A program made the position numbers and the translations under genes. This document shows, one piece after another, positions 38,160 to 49,687 of a stretch of DNA of 64,000 nt; position 1 is the first letter of the stretch; every line of letters starts with the position of its first letter. This stretch comes from Cetorhinus maximus (lineage: Eukaryota): contig NC_135885.1 of the NCBI RefSeq assembly GCF_964194155.1, positions 27,218,001 to 27,282,000 on the forward strand, written 5' to 3'. Under the pieces are notes generated by a model that saw only the letters and a list, made by a program, of their open reading frames with translations, had not been told where the DNA came from and made no database searches.

Positions 38160-38345
38160 CTGCCAACAATGTTCCCTCAGTCAACAATGCCAAAAAACAG
38201 ATTAAATCCATGCTATGCTGTTTGTAAAACCTTGCTGTGTACAAGAAAGTTGCTTAATCCACCTATGTAGTGACAGTGAATGAACTTCAAAGTAAATTGA
38301 TTTGTGAAGCACTTCTGGACATCTGAGATGCGCTATGCCACTATA
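38160..38345 (+). mobile_element. Deu-SINE 3' fragment
   Basis: Degenerate match to 3' half of 27272-27930. Confidence 0.6.
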
Positions 38346-38999
38346 CAGCTGCACAACAGAGCTTTCGATATTCCTTTCATATAAATGTGAGGAGCTCATG
38401 GATTTCTAAGCTTGAGTCCAACTGTTCAGCTGCCTCTGCCACATCACCATTCCAATTGCCAAACTTCTCAAGATGCCCACCTGCCCTTGCCCTTTCTCTA
38501 GTTTTCTCTCCTATTTCACGCCCTCTCTGAGCTTATCTTGTGGTCTCAGCCTGTCCGAAAACGCTTCACAGTTAGGTAAGTACTTTGTGACTGGAATGAA
38601 TCACTACAATGGGAAGATCATGCTGGATGAGTCTCAGCATCAAACCCAGAATATAGCTTGTATTTTCACATTCTCACGTTCCTTTCTAATAAATGTGAGG
38701 GGAGTTTCTCATTCAGTGTTACTTATATCAATTTGGAACAGCTTCCAAAAATGTTTGACCTCACAAGACTATTTTTTTAATGATTTAGTGAATATATCAA
38801 TGGTTTTACATCTGTTAAAAAGTACTGTTAAATGCTGCAGGTTGATAAATGGTTATATTTTAATGTGACCATGAAATATGAATGGTTTCTCTAATCCATC
38901 ATTCCTACACAAATCATACAAAAAAATGTCCTTGAAATATCTTAAATAATTACTGCCTGAAATTAGGTCTTTCGATTATTATGAAAGATATTTTTATTC

Positions 39000-39780
39000 T
39001 GCTCGTAAGCTCAGTGGAGGAGCTGCAGGAGTTGGTGGATTGTTTTGGTCAAGTTACCCAGAAATACAGTCTCCTACTCAATGTCGACAAGACCAAGGTG
39101 ATGGGGATGGGTGAAAAGACCTGCAAGATTCTGATTAATGGAGTTCAGCCTGAATAGGCCGATACCTTCTGCTACCTTGGGTCACTTATCAGGGAAAATG
39201 CAGAGGCTACAAAAGAAATTCGGGCTAGACTTAACAAGGGTCATGGCGTTGCGAACTCACTTAAAAGGATATGGAGAAGCCCACAGCATCTTGACTACAA
39301 CAAAAATTCACCTTCTGAAAGCCCTTGTGTGGCCAGTGACAATGTAAGGCTGTGGACCATCAAGAAGAGTGAAGAGGTTTGAATAAGAGCATTTGAAATG
39401 AAAGGACTCAGACGGATATTAGGTGTGTCATGGATGGCCATGCGGACAAGCGAGTGGGTGCATGAGAAAGCTGGTGTTAAGAGGAGCTTGTTTGAGACAG
39501 TGATATCAGGGAAGCTCCCATACTTTGGACACGTGATGTGAACAGGAGGCGAACGTTTGGAAAAAGAAATAATACAAGGCAAGAAATCTGGAAAATATAC
39601 ACAAGAAGATAGCATGGATGGATAATATCAGAACGTGGACTGGCCTCTCTATATGTGGACTGGCCTCTCTATGGGACAGGTGATGAGGGCAGTGGAGAAT
39701 AGAAATCAGTGGGGGAATATTGTTCATATACAACCATACCTTGGAATAAGGACAGATGAAAGGCAGACAGATAGACAGAC
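39000..39780 (+). mobile_element. RTE-clade LINE, 5'-truncated and degenerate
   Basis: LNVDKTKVM, KEIRARLNKG, IRAFEMKGLRRILGVSW, LPYFGHVM, LEKEIIQGK across frames; GACA-type tail. Confidence 0.8.
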
Positions 39781-39846
39781 TTTTATTGGATTGACTTTTT
39801 TATATCATAGTGTGATTGGGACTTTTACCCCATGTATATTCTCATT

Positions 39847-40538
39847 GGGCAGAATTTTACAGCCCACCAGTGACGGGTTTGCAGACAGGGAGCCTATAAA
39901 ATGCCATGGGCGCCGAGCCTGCTACCTACTTGCCTGCCCTGACACAATATTACACATAGCGGGGGAGGCATCAGGTGACCTGCCCACGAGGCCTCACCCT
40001 GCCCTGGCAGCAATTTTTCAGGTGGCATGCGGAGGCCAGAGATGGGTCAGAAACCTGGCAGGTAACATTGCTCAGGCTTTGGGTGGCAAAGTGGGGGAGG
40101 GGGTTGCCTCCCTTACAGACCCCCTGTTTTCACCCACATTTCACCTTCACCCTGTCCGCCTCAGCCCCCAATCTCCTCTCCCCATTCCCCCCAAGGGAGT
40201 GCCCGCCTAGCTCCAGCGATGCCCTCCACCCCGACCCCTTACCTTGCATCTGGCTCCAGGTTGAACATTGTTAGGAACTGGACGCAGTCCCAGCAGCGGC
40301 CACCGCTCCCGGTGGCGCTGCTGGGTCCAGAGATCAGCCAGCCATCTGACTGGCTGGCCGCTCTTGGCAGCAGGACTCTCTGATGAAGTTGGATGAGTGT
40401 GAAAGCCTTGCCTCAAGGGAATTAACATCCCAATGGGCATTAAGTTATTATGGAGCAACTGGACTGGGCGAGAGTGGAAAATACACCCACTTCCACATCT
40501 GGCCACTGCGCCTATTCGCTGGATGTAAAATCCAGCCC
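39847..40538. mobile_element. Harbinger-type MITE (692 bp)
   Basis: GGGCAGAATTTTAC / GTAAAATCCAGCCC, TSD ATT/ATT. Confidence 0.85.
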
Positions 40539-41649
40539 ATTATGTTTGACACTGAAATCTAAATAGGAACAATTACAGAATGCAAATATGCATTTCCCCT
40601 TTTAATAGCATTCTCATGTGTCCATTCACATTAACTTTCAGCAGAGGTTACAGATGACAAATTGGAACTTTGGCTGTGAGGTCAATTGAAGTGCCACTCT
40701 CCCTGCCCACCTGAACAAACATCATAGAGCAGGAGTCCAACCTAGGATCTTTCCTGGTCTACAAAGCTCCGCTGTTCACTTTAAATGCAACTAGCCATCA
40801 TGGCAGCCTTTGTTTGATACTTTAATTGTTTTGAAGCTTGGATTTTTGAAATTCTTTCACAGTAATACATAGATTGTTCAGTCTCGACAGTTACTACTAA
40901 GTAATTTATCAGATCACATTTTCAAATGTCCTAATGGAGACTGAGCCAGTGGTGCCTAATTCCCTGAAGTATTTTACTAAATTCCTAAGCTTAGTATTCC
41001 ATCCTAACCACAGCAAAGACCTCTATTGTTCTACATTATTAAAGTGTGCATTGATGGCTGGATTGCTTTGCAACCTACGAAAAATGACCCGCAGTCTCAC
41101 ATGTTGAAATGCATCATTCCGTAAACACTCTAGTGCTAGTTCTTAGATTCCTCACTCTCAGGAGAGCCATGTTAACAGGGAGCATGGGTCAAAGAGTCAG
41201 GGCTGTAATGTTGTTGCCCTATCTACAACCTGGGCTCCCTTCTTACTGGAGTGCAACATCACAGAATTAAACCTCTGTTAGACCCCATGAACGGTACAAA
41301 TATACATGTTGTAGTCAAGATCTTAGACACAAGTCAAAAGCATCATCAGCTTAGTTTTTATGTTACTTCCGCAGCATGGTACATGAATTACACACAAATA
41401 TACCCAAGCTGAATATTTGCCTGAAAACTTTTATATATTCTTGGTTACACCTTTGATAGTGAGTATCCCTTGATAGTTATTTCACGTTTGAACATAAGTT
41501 TAAATAGTAGATGGTATGGTTGGCTGATAAGCCTGCCATGTATCACAGAACAATGGGCTTGTGGCCACAAGTTCCACAGAATCGGAATTGTTAGTTTCAG
41601 TTCTGCCATCCTGGAGACAAAAGAAGCTTCCCGAGGGAAGGATGGAGTT

Positions 41650-42107
41650 AGAAGGTTAAGAGCTGATTCGACTTAAGTTTCCGAGATATTACAGGGAGGT
41701 GATATGGTAGATAGAGAGAAACCATTTCCACTCATTTCGGAGTAAGGGGCTTGAATTTTCCGACAGGAAAAAGGGTTGGAACTGTTTTCGCAGCCCAAAA
41801 TTTCAGCTCTAGGAGTAAGGGACATGGCCTAAAAGTTAGAGGCAGGCCTTTGAAGTGAAGGTAGGAAATATTTCTGTCTGCAAAGGGTGTTAGATGTTTG
41901 GTACTCTCTCTGCAAATGGCAATTCAAGCTAGGTCAATTGTTCATTTTAAAACTGAAATTGATAGATGTTTATTCACCAAACATGTTAGGAGATATGGGT
42001 AAAAAGCAAGTATATGAAGTTAGGTCACAGATCAGCCATGATCTCATTGAATGGCCGAATGGGCTCCAAGGGCTAAATAGCCTACTCCTGTTTCTGTGTT
42101 CCTATGA
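41650..42107 (+). mobile_element. CR1 LINE 3' fragment
   Basis: 3' UTR GATCAGCCATGATCTCATTGAATGG...CCTACTCCTGTTTCTGTGTTCCTATG. Confidence 0.75.
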
Positions 42108-42617
42108 GAGAACGAAGATGGAAGGAATCAATCCAAGTTACTCCAGGTACAGCTAATCAGCACAAGAACAGAAACAGAGGCCTGGTAACATGTCACTGAG
42201 TCTATCCTGTCCAATGAGACACATTCATAGTGCATGTAAAGAGGGGAAGGAAAGATAGGAACCAAGAAGGGGGAAAAACAAAAGATCTGGGAGAGCAGAC
42301 TTTTATTTAAATCACACACAATGCTCATTCTCTTGACTAACTGGATCACTCTTGTAACAAATTACTGTTGTCATTATCAATGTCAGTATCATATCTTGTT
42401 CTGTGAAGCGCTTTGGGACATTTTTACTACATTAAAGGCATTATGTAAATGCATGTTGACAGAAAGTATTGAAGGATAAGACTGCAGGAGACACTTTAAA
42501 GCTGTGCTACTATAATCCTCCCAACAAGCAATAATATTATTGGAAAACATTTGATATATGGAACAAACATTTTAATGTTTCAGTTAGCATTGTTCAACAT
42601 ATAAGGCAGGTGCATAC

Positions 42618-42840
42618 CCCTGAACAGGTTCCGTGGTATTTGGCAAGTATGACCACAGCCATTGGAACAGCATTTCTTCAGTCCCGAGCACTCATCATCT
42701 ACCTCACAGCTTTCAACACAGGCAGCAGCGAAGCCACTGGCCTTCTCTGGAGCGGGACAATCACCTTGTTTCGCTGACTGGATTGATTTGAGAAACTCAC
42801 AGCTGGTCAGGCACTCATAGTGTTTCTTTGGAAAGAGAGA
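42618..42840 (-). CDS. anos1: Anosmin exon 4 equivalent, WAP four-disulfide core domain
   Basis: Acceptor TTTAATTTCCAG, donor G|GTATGC, 223 nt; [75 protein letters not shown]. Confidence 0.97.
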
Positions 42841-43182
42841 CTGGAAATTAAATAAAAACAACTGATTTATTTACTAAAAAAAGCTTTTTTCTCGAACTAA
42901 TGCTGAAAGATTTACAAAACCAGTTGTTTATATGGTAAATAGCAAGGCTGGAAGAATTCTATAATTAATGTATTTGTTTTGTGAACATTTGAAAAAAAAT
43001 TTGGTCCCAAGTGATGAAACTCATTGTGCTGTCTTTCCATTTCAGACTGCAGTTTCACATCCCTCTTGGTACAGTATTGCCATTGGCGTTTAAATTCAGT
43101 AATCCTACAAATTGAACCAGAATTTTGACTTATCTTCAAAGTTGATAGTAGCTAAAATAAATCACCCAAGGGTGGACCTTAC

Positions 43183-43245
43183 CTCACACTTGCTTTGGCA
43201 GTGAGTCTCCTGTAAGTCCCAGGATTCTTTGCAGGGCTCCAGGCA
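43183..43245 (-). CDS. anos1: Anosmin (ANOS1/KAL1 family) exon equivalent to human exon 3, Cys-rich region: [21 protein letters not shown]
   Basis: Acceptor TTCTGCTTTACAG, donor GAG|GTAAGG, 63 nt, phase 0-0; resembles human [21 protein letters not shown]. Paralogue identity not resolved. Confidence 0.95.
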
Positions 43246-44863
43246 CTGTAAAGCAGAACAAAGTGCCTGTTAGTGTCAAAAGCCACATCAAAGGGATAAG
43301 ATGCATTAAAGTCCATTTCTATCCATGCCTGTGGCTCACTCTTACACACTGATGCCCTCTTAAGTGACAGGAATGATGTCTTAGAAAAATTGGAAAGTCA
43401 TATTAACTCCATTTGAGTTGTCAAATCTATTCTGATGTGGTTAGAGATACTGCAGTGTTTTCTTTGGCAAAGGCATTTTCAGCGAAAGAATTATGATGTT
43501 TTCAACTCACTAATTAAAAAAGAACTCAAAATAATATTTACAGTCTTGAAACAAAATGCAACTGTTGCACTGCATGATGAGATAGATCTTTACATTTTTG
43601 CATGCTAGATCGGATTGACTGATATATCTGTGACCACCCAAAGAGCTGATGCTTTCCAAATGTAATCCCTGCTATAACTAAAAGCTCAAGCCAACCAGCT
43701 ATTATATTAATATCCAGTCCTGAATGTGCTCCATTCATGTTAAATAGTCACAGAGCTATCCTGCTACCAATATTTACATATAAGCAATTTTACTGACTTC
43801 CCAACACCATTTTTGTTTAAAATGTCATCTAGAATGATTTCAGTTTTGTACACCTCACGGATCAAAGTTAGAAACTAGTAGCTGCTGTTGACTAAGAGAC
43901 AAAGCCAATAATTGCTGCTATATTTGTAATACTGCCTTAACCACCAGGGACTTTATGACAAGTGGGTTTAATGTCTGTGTCTGAACCCCATCCAGTCATG
44001 AAAAAGACTGAAACAATTGTTCATCTAACCCAAGATTTAACATTCCCGATAGCTCATACTGACAGGAAAAGAAGTGTCTTTATATTCAACTATTTTTATC
44101 TCAGGCAAAGCTGTTTACATTCGAAACATCTCATTCTGTATAATGTCTGGCCAAAAATAAATACTTTGGCTAAAATCCAGTCAAGCCACGTATGAGACCA
44201 AAGCTTTGCAGAAGAAAAAAAATCTAAGTTGATCCAACAATGCGTTATGATCAAGACCATGCCATTGATCGTCTCTGACACATTCAATGACTGTTCTTCA
44301 AACTGAAATGAAGACTAGAAGTGTAATTTCTCTACACCATTTGAACATAATTTCCGGATCTTAGAAATTATACTTGGTGGTAGGTTAGATTTTTAAATGG
44401 ATACAGACAAATAGACAGATGGATGTAGGGAGATCCACTTCTGCCTCCAGGTGGTTTAGAGAACAAGGGAAGTAAGATCAGAGGAAACTACTTTTCATGT
44501 GGGAAGAAAAACTTCAGTCTTAATGATAAACATTTTACTGGGAGGAATTTTAACATTTGGTTGATAGTGTAAAACCATTTCAGCCACCATTAAACATGCT
44601 TTTACCTGATTTTTATTTTCATTGAGCTCCAGTTGTAAAATACCTTGCTCTTTTTTTACATCTCTGCACCATCGCATTGGTGATCTTTTAAATCATTTCA
44701 TTAAGCAGACTGCAGGTGCACCAACCTATCAGCCCCTCCATATCCATTGACCCTCTTCCTTTCACCTCTCCTTCCATCTTCCAAGCTAACTAAAATGCTT
44801 GTTTATTTTTCCAACTTCAGCTCTGATGAAGGGGACACACCCGAATTGCCTGAACCTATCTTT

Positions 44864-45066
44864 GGAGAAAGAAACAGAGTTGACATTTCAAGTCCGTGTG
44901 TCTCCCCTTCAGAGGAGTCTGAAGAAGACTCTGAAGAAGAGTCATATGGACTCGAAACATTAACTCTGTTTCCCTCTCCACAGATGCTGTCAGACCTGCT
45001 GAGCTTTTCCAGCATTTTTTGTTTTTATTTCAGATTTCCAGCATCCACAGTATTTTGCTTTCATCT
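44864..45066. mobile_element. Miniature inverted-repeat PLE insertion inside an older PLE 3' fragment (~44770-45137)
   Basis: Exact 13-bp TSD TGAACCTATCTTT at 44851-44863 and 45067-45079; short inverted arm followed by forward PLE 3' end. Confidence 0.8.
44931..44965 (+). ncRNA. Minimal hammerhead ribozyme-like motif with canonical core
   Basis: CTGAAGA-AGAGTC-ATATG-GACTC-GAAA-CATT-AACT. Confidence 0.6.
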
Positions 45067-45275
45067 TGAACCTATCTTTTCTTTTTACATATGCTGGCTG
45101 ACCTGCTACGTACTTCCAGCATTTCCTGGTCTTATTTGAGGAAGGAATTATGGGTTTATTTAGTTTTGAAATTTAAAAATAAATTAGGGATGCACATAGA
45201 ACTACTGGTTTGTCCCACATTAATAATATATGCTAGAATTTCTTTAGTATGTTGCCCAAACACACTGATTTATTA

Positions 45276-45621
45276 CAGGTAGAGTACCTCAAAACCAGCT
45301 ATCCCAAAATTGACGGTGTCTGAAAACCTGTCATTTTTATAATGTTCCATGTGTCAATTTTAATTGAGTAAAATTTTAAAAATAACTTACTGGAAAATTC
45401 AGCTAAATGCTGCATTGGCAGGGTGTGCTCCAGACTAGTTACCGGCTTTGTCAGTTTGAGCGCTGTTCTGTCCCGCACTCCAAGTGACCCTTGACCCTCA
45501 CCCCCACCTGGCTTGACCCGAACTGCCCATGGCCCAAATCACCCAACCCGAAAACCAGCAATATCCAAAATCCAGCAAAGTCTCGGTCCCGAGAGTGCCA
45601 GATTTGAGGTTACTGTACCTG
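45276..45621. mobile_element. Tc1/mariner (pogo/Tigger-like) MITE
   Basis: TA TSD; TIRs CAGGTAGAGTACCTCAAAA / CAGGTACAGTAACCTCAAAT (reverse complement). Confidence 0.75.
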
Positions 45622-45699
45622 TATACATTTGCACACAATGCACTAACTGTTCTCTTCACAGACCATGGCAAAGGCATTTGACTAGCAATATATATCTTA

Positions 45700-45960
45700 C
45701 ATAGTAGAAAGACATCTTATTTACGGCACAAAAAAAACAGCCACTCAGCACAACAGGTCCATGTTGCTGTATATGCTCCACACAAATCTTCTCCCACCCT
45801 TTTTCATCTAATCCCATCAACACATCCTTCTATTCCTTTCTCACTCTTGTATTTATCCAGATCATCCTTAAATCCATCAATACTATTCACCTCAACCACT
45901 CCTTGTAGCAAGTTCCACATTCTCACCTTTCGCTGGGTGACAAAACTCCTTCTGAATTCA
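45700..45960 (-). mobile_element. CR1 LINE 3' fragment
   Basis: Reverse-complement similarity to the CR1 end at 7835-7995. Confidence 0.6.
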
Positions 45961-45996
45961 TGCCAACATATGAATTAGGAGCAGGAGTAGGCCACT

Positions 45997-47200
45997 TAGA
46001 CAAATGCAGGATAATTAAGGAAAGTCAGCATGGGTTTATCAAGGGAAAATCAAGTTTAACTAATTTGCTGGAGTTTTGAGGAGGTAACAGAGAAGGTTGA
46101 TAAGGAAACATTGTTTATGTGGTGTATATGGATTTTCAAAATGATTTGATACGGTGCCACACAACAGACTTGTGAGCAAAATTTTAGGTCATGGAATAAA
46201 AGGGAAAGTAGGCACTTGGATAAGAAATTGGCTGAGTGACAGGAAATAGGGAGTAGCGATAAATGATTGTTTTTCAGGTTGAAGGAAGGTTTGTAATGAA
46301 GTTTCTCAGGGGTCAGTGTTGGGACCCTTGCTCTTCCTGATATATATTAATAACCTAGACTGTGGTGTACAGGGCATGATTTCAAAAGTTGCACATGATA
46401 CAAAGGTTGGAAATGTTGTCAACTGTGAATGGGATAGTCTTGAACTTCAAAAGGACATAGATATGTTGGTGGATTGGGCAGACAAGGCATGGTGCGACAA
46501 TATAAAGGGAGAGCCTCTAAAGGATGTGCAGGAACAGAGGGACCTCAGTGTATATGTAGATAGGTCATTGAAGATGGCAGGGCATTTTGAGAGAGCAGTT
46601 AATAAAGCATATAGTATCTTAGGCTTTATTAATAGGGGCATTGAGAATAAGAATAAGGAGGTCATGTTGAACTTGTATAAGACACTAGTTAGGTCTCATC
46701 TGGAGTACTACATCCAGTTCTGGGCGCCATACTTGAAGAAGGATGCGAAGGCTTTGGAGAGAGTATAGAGGAGATTCAGAAGTATTCCTGGGATGGAAAA
46801 CTGTAGCTATGAGGATAGATTGGAGGGGTTGGGACTGTTTTCCTTGGAGAAAAGAAGGCTGAGATGAGACTTGTTAGAGGTATTCAAGATCCTAAGGGGC
46901 ATGGACAGGGTAAATAGTGAGAAACTGTTACCACTCAAGAGAACATCAAGAGCTGGAGATTCAAAATAATTGGCAAAAGGAGTAAATGTGATGTGAGTAA
47001 AATTTTTTTCACCCAGAGGGTGGTTGGAGTCTGGAACAAACTTCCTGAAAGGATGATGGAGGCAGGTTCGATCGAGGTATTCAAAAGAGAATTGGTTTCC
47101 TACCTGAAAAGAGAGAATGTGCGAGGTTACAGGGATAAGGCAGGGGAGTGGGACTAGGTGAAATGATCTTTCAGAAAGACAGTGCAGACTTGATGGACTG
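45997..47200 (+). mobile_element. CR1 LINE (RT to 3' end), inserted in an opposite-strand CR1 fragment (45965-45996 and 47205-47425)
   Basis: SQGSVLGPLLFLIYINNL, LYKTLVRSHLEYYIQFWAP; host sequence GGAGTAGGCCAC...GGCCCTTTGAGCCTGCT resumes after it. Confidence 0.88.
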
Positions 47201-47483
47201 TGATACCTGGCCCTTTGAGCCTGCTATACTCATTCAAGAAGGTCATGGTTGATCTGATTTTAGCCTCAACTCCACATTCCTGCCTACCCCCAATAACGTT
47301 TCACCCTCTGGCTTATCAAGAATTTAACTACCTCTGCCTTAAAAATATTCAAGGTCTTTGCCTTTTGAGGAAGAGAGTTCCAAGGACTCATGACCCTGTG
47401 AGAGAAATAAATTCTCCTCACCTCTGTCATAGTGCATTTAGGAATTCCCTAGTGGATTTATGAGTGACCATCTTATATTATGG

Positions 47484-47606
47484 CAAAAGCAAAATACTGC
47501 GGATGCTGGAAATCTGAAATAAGAACAGAAAATGCTAGAAATATTCAGCAGGTCTGGCAGCATCTGCAGAGAGAGAAACAGGGTTAGCGTTCAAGACTGT
47601 GACCTT
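47484..47606 (-). mobile_element. PLE 3' terminal fragment
   Basis: AAAAGCAAAATACTGCGGATGCTGGAAATCTG...CAGCAGGTCTGGCAGCATCTG, same terminus as 55739. Confidence 0.75.
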
Positions 47607-49160
47607 GAAAGTGGCAGAAAGTCACTAATCAGTGATTTTAGCCTGAAAGGACTACACCAGTCAGCTGAAACTTTTTGTTGTGACTGACCGCATGGTTTCC
47701 ATGTTTCACCCTTCATCTGCTCCTATCAGGTCAGTTTCATTCTACGATGAGTTCCCATGTACACCCACCTCCTCCAACGTGGCGAGTCGTAGACACAGCG
47801 TGAAACACATGCGCCATTGGGAAGGAGCGAATCCACGCTTTAAAATGTTCTAAACTGCCTTTTAAGTCAACTCAATTTCTTTCCCACCAGGCCGTGGGGC
47901 TTCCCACTGGACTAGCAACCCCACCTCGGGGAAAGCGGAAGAGGGAGGGATCACGTCGGGATCCCACCCAGACATCATTTTCCCACGGCATTCTGCTTCT
48001 TCTTCGCAGATTGAGGCACAAGCATTAGTAGTAGGAATGGGACTGACTGAATTTCTCCCTAAATAGCTGGCATGGACTTGATGGGCGAAATGACCTTCTC
48101 TGTGCAGTAATGACTCTATGCTGGTGGTTAACCAGAGCCTGACTGCACTTCTTAATGCAAAGCTTTAACAAGGCTCTAACGAGTTGAATGGGCCTTTCCT
48201 CCTACATTTCTAGTGCAATTTTTACTCTCTTTGAAAGGTGGGAATACCAAAAGCACTGATAAAGATGGAGAAATCATCTACCATTCCACTATTCTTTACT
48301 TGCGACCATTTTTCCCACTAAAATTAATGATCACGCAAATAGACCCCTTCCTCTCCTGTCACCAAACATTTGTTTTAACCTATCCACAGATGAACCATAG
48401 GTTAACAATTTGCATGACAATGCATTTTCCCCGTGCAAACACGTTGTCATTCTTATCGTCCAAAATTCATGTAACTGCAATATTATATAGTTTAGAAATT
48501 TTAATGATGTGCTTTCGGTCAAAGTACTATTGGGAACACAGCACACAGATAAAGGCAAGCAATGCAGTTGAGCACTGTTAACATCTTGAAGAACCCTTAC
48601 TCCAGCATAAATGCATTGAAATTTTCATTATGGTGACTGCCCTGTACCTCCTAGGCAGCAGTAATTGAGGGCATTATAGGAATATAGGCATGAAACATAT
48701 ATTAAAGCCTTCGTCAAGATTATCAGCAGGATTTAAACTGCTACAGCTGAATGACATTACTCACACCCTTCCATGTTTGTTCCATGCCTTTGGTTTAAAT
48801 GGTGGAAACAGCACCCACTTTTCACACCGACCAACAGGTAACATTACCGGGGCCGGAGTTTCCCATCCCGGTGAGGAGCTGAATCGTGCTGAGCGGGCTT
48901 AAAAAGTGGCGGGTGGGACCCGCTTCCGGGATTCCCGCTCCCATTCCCAGCACTGGCAATTTTCAGTGGTGCAGGAGAAGGGGGCGGGTCACTAGCCTGC
49001 ACGCAGCTGCTCTAACATTGCCGGCACCATCGTGGGAGTGGACTTGGAGGCCTTCTGCAATTTTCATGGTGTTGGGTTGGTTTTTGAAGTGGGCGTGTTC
49101 CACACCAGCACAATGGGGAACCATATGAAAAGGAAGTTCAAAAGTTGTTGCCAACTTCAT

Positions 49161-49687
49161 GGGGAGGATCTTCAGGTCGGCAAGTGGGGGCGGGGCCCGC
49201 TCGCCAACGCATAAAATGACGCAGGATGACGTCGGGCAAAACTCCTGACGTCGGGCAAAACTGCTGATGTCACTCCGTGTCATTTCCATTTTCAGATCAG
49301 CGGGGGTGCGGCCGAATCAGCTGTGCGCCCGCCGACCTGTCAACTGCCTATTGAGGCCATTTAAAAAGTACTTAACATAATTAATGGACCTGCCCATCCA
49401 ACCTTAGGGTTAGCGGGCAGGCCGGGAGCCCTGGCAGGCTTAAGAGAAAGCATGAAACCTCATCCACGGGCAGGATGAGGTTTCATGAGCGTTTTTAAAT
49501 ATTTAATGAAGGTTTCACTAGAAGTGATGGACATGTCCCAACTCATGTGACAGTGGCACATGAGGGGACATGTCAGGGGAATTTTGATATAGTCTCTTTA
49601 ACATTTTAAAATTTGGAGCCAATCTCCCTTAGCCTGCCCGCGCCTGCTCCTGCACATCCCCCCCGACTGAGGGAAAATTTTTCCCCC
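49161..49687 (+). mobile_element. Harbinger-type MITE, family A (internally deleted)
   Basis: Homologous to 203-896 including internal palindromes. Confidence 0.8.
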
